Translations under genes and position numbers: made by a program
Assembly: GCA_001600815.1 (NCBI GenBank)
Contig: BCKZ01000006.1
Coordinates: 745,048-809,047, forward strand
Length of the DNA stretch: 64,000 bases
Direction: 5' to 3'
Source: Alloascoidea hylecoeti
Lineage: Eukaryota
Notes under the pieces: generated by a model
The model's database searches: none
What the model saw: the letters and a program-made list of their open reading frames with translations, nothing else
What the model was told of the DNA's origin: nothing
Shown: positions 58,794-64,000 of the stretch, one piece after another
How the letters are laid out: each line of letters opens with the position of its first letter
Numbering within the stretch: position 1 is the first letter of the stretch

Positions 58794-61700
58794 TTACCAA
58801 AGCATTTTAATTTTTAATCATAAATTACAAGTTCAGGAACATGAACATGAACCTAGTCTATAGCTATTAATTTCTGGTGTTTGTACACAGGTAGGATTGA
58901 AGACGCCATGGTCCTGCTACTAGTAAAATTACAGGTATAATATAAGTATGTGATAGTTCGGTCAATAGTTTCCCATGAAATGTATTCTTTAGCTTCAATA
59001 TTAATATTAACGAATCGATGTTACCAGCAGACATGTGCTGAGTCTGGAACTAATATAATAAATTTATATTCACGGTAGGTGTTAAAAGAAAAGGTGCAGT
59101 TGGTATAATATTAATGCGTTTAATCCCTGGAATAGACCGGTAATAAGAGGTCCAAAAATGCCATATATAGATATGCATATTAGATATATCAATATATAAT
59201 ATATAGAGCGTTTAACTCTTAGGCGATAGATAGCGCTTAATAATTATGAATTCAAACTGTATCACCATATATAAAACATTTGATATACATGTATAATAAT
59301 ATGTGACATACCTTTGGCAAATGAACCATACACCTATGCGTCCATATAATACATATATGTAATAAATATAAGCATAACAATTATAAAACTGTGAAAATTC
59401 ATAAGGCCAAGCGAACCTCGGACAAGATATAGGCCTCACGATCGTATCTGTCTTTAATCCTTACTTAAGATACGAATTATTCACCAATATTCAAAAGCTG
59501 TCGACATGTCTTAAGCTTGTATGTTAAGTTGCTAACTATAAAGTTTTTATATTACTATAAATTTATAGTATACATGTATACACCTAGTACTAACATTATC
59601 AATTGTCATCTCTCTAGGCACGGGTTAAAGATATTACTATTAATTAGGGCAAGCAGGTACAAGCTCAAATGCCATCAATATCAAGCCAAAGGATTAAGTG
59701 TGGATATTGCTATATGTGACTATAGCTATAGCTAACAATATGAATATGAATATTAATATTATTGCCATAGCCTAGCTATAGGCCTGTATATAAAGTTTAA
59801 AGATGTCTTATTTAGCTTAAGCTTAATGCTTAATTATTATATCCAACTCCACTAAAACTCATATAATTATTATTCGATTACTATATATATTGATATCTAA
59901 TTAACCATTTATATTTAAGCTTAAGAATTAATATTGTAGAATTATAATATAAGCTAATGGATTGAAATGCTCCACAAATTTGATTGTTAAGATATATATT
60001 ATTATTATTGATCATGAAGCATATGAACTTACAATGCAGCCATTTTAAATTTTTTGGAATTGCCGTTATAATAATAGTATATTGTATAATACAGAGGGAA
60101 ATTGATTGTTTTATTAATTAATCATTCTGATTGACCGAGTTTATATGATATATATGAATGTATAACATGTAATTATATATTATATATCCATAATATTCAT
60201 AATAATATATTTAAGGACCGAATAATTTAGGGGGGTTCACAACTACAGAATTTAAAGAATGAAAAAGAAAAAATAAAACAAGCAAGAAAATATATATAAA
60301 TCGTCTGATTCATAAAATAAATCTGTTTGAAACCGTTTAAATGTACCGCTCTCAAAGTCTAGACTTATAATATACCTTTCATAATGCCTTTTGAGACAAC
60401 TAATCAATTGTGACAATTAACCAATTGAATAACTTCTGTAAATGTTCTTACAGAAGGTGTCATATAAATTCATAGTCTTTATATAATAATAAGAATTTTC
60501 GTGAAACCAATTAGCAATTGACAGAAAACAGTAGAGTTGAAAAAAATGTATATTAGACTTGGAATGCATACACATTGCACATAGTTGTCATATATATTAT
60601 AATTGAGCGGATACTTCCAATTTAGAATATTCAAACCGCATCTTCGAGTTTGAGCTCGAGAACCAATTGCATTCAAGTTATTATTATATATATGGCATTA
60701 GTGAAATTTGCATATCTTGCTGTTGGCTATTGCGCATTGGCACTATAATATATGTGCTTGTTATCAATGTTACAGGTAGGTGCTATTGCATCAGAACACT
60801 ATAGGAGATGGTTCAATTGCAAACTATGATAACATGATGAGAGTTGAGCAATATGCTATTACGAACGTTAACTATACTAAATTAACAATACTCAATTATA
60901 TTTCTGTATCAGCAATAACAGGAGATTAATCTAACACGAGAAATAATTAGCCCTACAAAGGATTATATAAAGGTCATAAAAATTCAGTATACGTTTACGA
61001 TTATACATGATATGTTATTTAATTTTATAACTTATAGCCGTATAATACGGTGATGAAAAATATTATTAATATACGTGTAAGTAGTAAGTATTAAGTATAA
61101 GTTATAAACTACATTTTTTCCCTTCAATTATTATTAATTAACGTTAAGCGTTAACGTTGACTTCGATACTGAAAGATATTTATGCACATACAGTATATGA
61201 ATATAGACCACGTGCAACTGGGTTCATAGCTACAGTCACACCTGATACTTAAGACTCTCATAGCAATTGCAAGCAATAGCAGAATACTGGTATATCAGTT
61301 TTTGCTACATATCTATAATACTGCATTTCTTGGTAATTCCAATTGAAAATACCTTCAACGTTAATTGAATGAATCTATTATCAAAAGTATACGTATAACT
61401 TTAAATTTACGTTTGGTTGCCAAGCGATGGAAAGATGCCAGCAATTTTTACAAGGTTAGTTGGTTTAATTATATTATAAAATGATTGTATTATTCGTAGT
61501 ACTTTACTACTATTTTCTAGAAATATTAGTAAAAAATTTAGTTATCGATTAGAGATATATAAGCTGGAATTAACAATTAATTCGTTCTCTCTAAATTAGA
61601 AAAATAATAGAGGCAGGAAGTTATTACCATTAGTATAATATCATTAATTAGTGGATATGATTCTTTATATATGATGAATCTGGTAATTAATTTTCAAAGA

Positions 61701-62053
61701 CTTGGCTAAGTAATTACCACTTCAATACCCAATTGATATTCAATTGATCCTCAAATTTCAATTGATATTCCTAGAAAATAACACTATAGCTACGACTACG
61801 AAAAGGAGGGAAATTGTAATACAAACTTTACAGTACAAATACTGGTATAAAATTATAATCAGTAGCATTTTTCAACTGCTAACTTTAGTTTTACATACTC
61901 ATGAAGAAATAATGAATATACTATTGAAATTTCGATATTTATTCTGTTCATTGAAGTTTGCAATTGAAATATTAATATTACATCCAGAGAGTTATAGCTG
62001 AAATATAATATTTATTACTCGAGATCGATAATATTTTCAATATCAAGAATGGG

Positions 62054-62077
62054 TATTAAACCTGGGTAACTAAACAG
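62054..62077 (+). repeat. Dispersed motif copy 3
   Basis: TATTAAACCTGGGTAACTAAACAG. Confidence 0.7.
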
Positions 62078-62417
62078 ACCTGGTGGTACTGCTAACACCT
62101 ATATGAGCTATATACACAAGTCTAAAACTATATCCTTAGCTGGCGAATAAGCAGTGATATAGCATTACATTTAATTACAATAAAGTAGACCTTAACATTA
62201 AGTTGTAAATAGTCGTGCTTCTTAATAAATAAATAACTTATATGCATGTATAAAATTTCGACATCGATGCCAATATTAGCTCATCGATATCGTAGATTAT
62301 ATAAGTTGTAATGAAGTTTTTTTATATTATATTATGCTAGCTATGGCTATAGCTATAATCACAAGTACTAGTATTGAATCAATTAATATTGAATTCAATA
62401 CAGGTACATGATCATTA

Positions 62418-62948
62418 CTGCCATTCCACTTAATTTAGGCCACATATTCGGCCCCTTTTCATTAATATTAATTAAACATTTATATACGTATTATAACTCA
62501 ATATATATGTCCTAAGAAGGTATAGATAGTAATTTCTTATTCACAGGGATTTCTGTATTTCAGCATCTCTGTCGTTTTTTACTTTTGATAACAATTCTAT
62601 AGCTCTATCCAACTTGCTGTTTAGATCTTCAAACGTAATGGTTTCTTACCTGACATTCTTGAATTTAATTAAACAAATATTTTTCTTTTCTACGTATTAC
62701 CTAAATGCTCTAGAATTATTTATTTGTATATAAATTATTATTGTTAAAATTGTTAAAGTTATATTAAATGAAAACAACAAACTAGGTTACATGTAAAGAT
62801 AACTAAATTTAAATGAGGATTGAATAAGTTTTTACTTGCAAGCTAACGTTAACCTTCATGATATCAGTTTACTTGTGACAATATAATTATACTTAAGTGT
62901 AGAGAAAGTAATTCATCAAGACGCGGCCGAAATTAAGTGAAATGGCTG
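62418..62948. mobile_element. 531-bp MITE with TA target duplication (Tc1/mariner-pogo type)
   Basis: TA|CTGCCATTCCACTTAATTTAGGCC ... GGCCGAAATTAAGTGAAATGGCTG|TA; the TIRs match at 21/24. No coding capacity. Confidence 0.72.
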
Positions 62949-64000
62949 TATGTAAATGGAGCCATTTTAATTAGATATTCCTTACATTAATTTTAATTAT
63001 GAAGATATACCAGTATAAGCTTATAATATAATTAAAACTCAATTGCAACTTATTCATATTAATAGGTGCAGATAATAATAATAAGTATATAGGTATTAGC
63101 TTCTTAAGTAGATGTGTTAATACTAAATAAGTAATAAGTATAAATAAATATTTAATTAATCAATTATAATATGCTAAATCCATTATTATATATCATTGGA
63201 ATTATACATATTAACCAGGGAAAAAACTCTTCTCCTGAAAATTAACTCATAATTATATAACTAGTATATGTTCAAAGAATAGAAATTTCAAAATCTTGCC
63301 AACAGATGGATCCGCCGGATGCCCCTGATAATGAAAAATATATATAAGCTAAAATTTAATGACTGTATATTATTATATATATCCTTATAGCTATAGCCCT
63401 TTGCGGTCGTGAGATACTGAAATTTATAACGTTAATACTAATACTAATATATATCAACTATTATCAGAGAGTCCAATATTATATGTGATTGGAATATACT
63501 AAAAAAAGAATTTTCAAATCTCGATGCAAGTGATTACAGATAGGTAGAAATATGTGAAACACAACACATTAATCGGTACACATTTGCATTGAGTATGAAT
63601 TCCCATAATAAATTATAAGCTATAAGCTTATAATAACATCTATATAACTTATAATTATATAGATTTAACCCATATCTAGCAAGGCAAATGCAAACTTCTT
63701 CTCGGTATATAAGCCTTATAAAGCTTTAGATCAAGTACTTATCACGATTACAATCTATGCTATAAGCTTAAGCCATATATATAAATTATAGTCCATATTT
63801 GTTATAGGACTATTCCTATATAGCTACAGAATGTTTTTTTCATTTATCGACTAAAAATATATATAAATAGTAATAATTGTGTTTAATATATATATAGGTA
63901 TTGTAAGTTGTAACCGAGTATTATAGGTATATCTATGGCAAATGTAGGTATACCGGTGGTGCTGAAACTAAATCAATTATTACTTTTTTTTGTCACCTTT

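Noticed and set aside
57971..62001. Several 63-85-aa ORFs in the 3' desert
   Set aside because: Ile/Tyr/Phe-rich translations typical of AT-rich non-coding DNA; 58587-58787 lies within a MITE.

Overview
AT-rich fungal (budding-yeast-like, Saccharomycotina) genomic DNA. About 22 protein-coding genes are supported. In order: 5'-truncated PMT2-family O-mannosyltransferase, ELP2, TMEM135-like, MEP1/3-type ammonium permease, GPM1, WSC sensor, MRI1, CKA2, SLD7-like, GT71 mannosyltransferase, REG1/2-like, GDS1, Xaa-Pro peptidase, SAD1, RPN11, ATL1, a 3-exon orphan, YHR131C-like, YNL193W-like, YJU3, IWR1, and a 7-exon prolyl aminopeptidase. There is also a possible small Ser/Thr-rich ORF and one tRNA-Thr(AGU). 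Five genes are spliced, and the ORF track misses or fragments them; their short introns with degenerate splice signals suggest an early-branching, intron-richer yeast. Intergenic DNA holds a GT34 glycosyltransferase pseudogene, a decayed Fot1/pogo transposase, several MITE-like TIR families, a candidate H/ACA-like RNA and many short perfect palindromes. I see no clearly new multi-gene system. The best leads are the spliced orphan (possibly a domesticated Myb/SANT-like protein), the H/ACA-like RNA, the MITE families and promoter-proximal GC islands. All homology calls come from motif recognition by eye, not from database searches.
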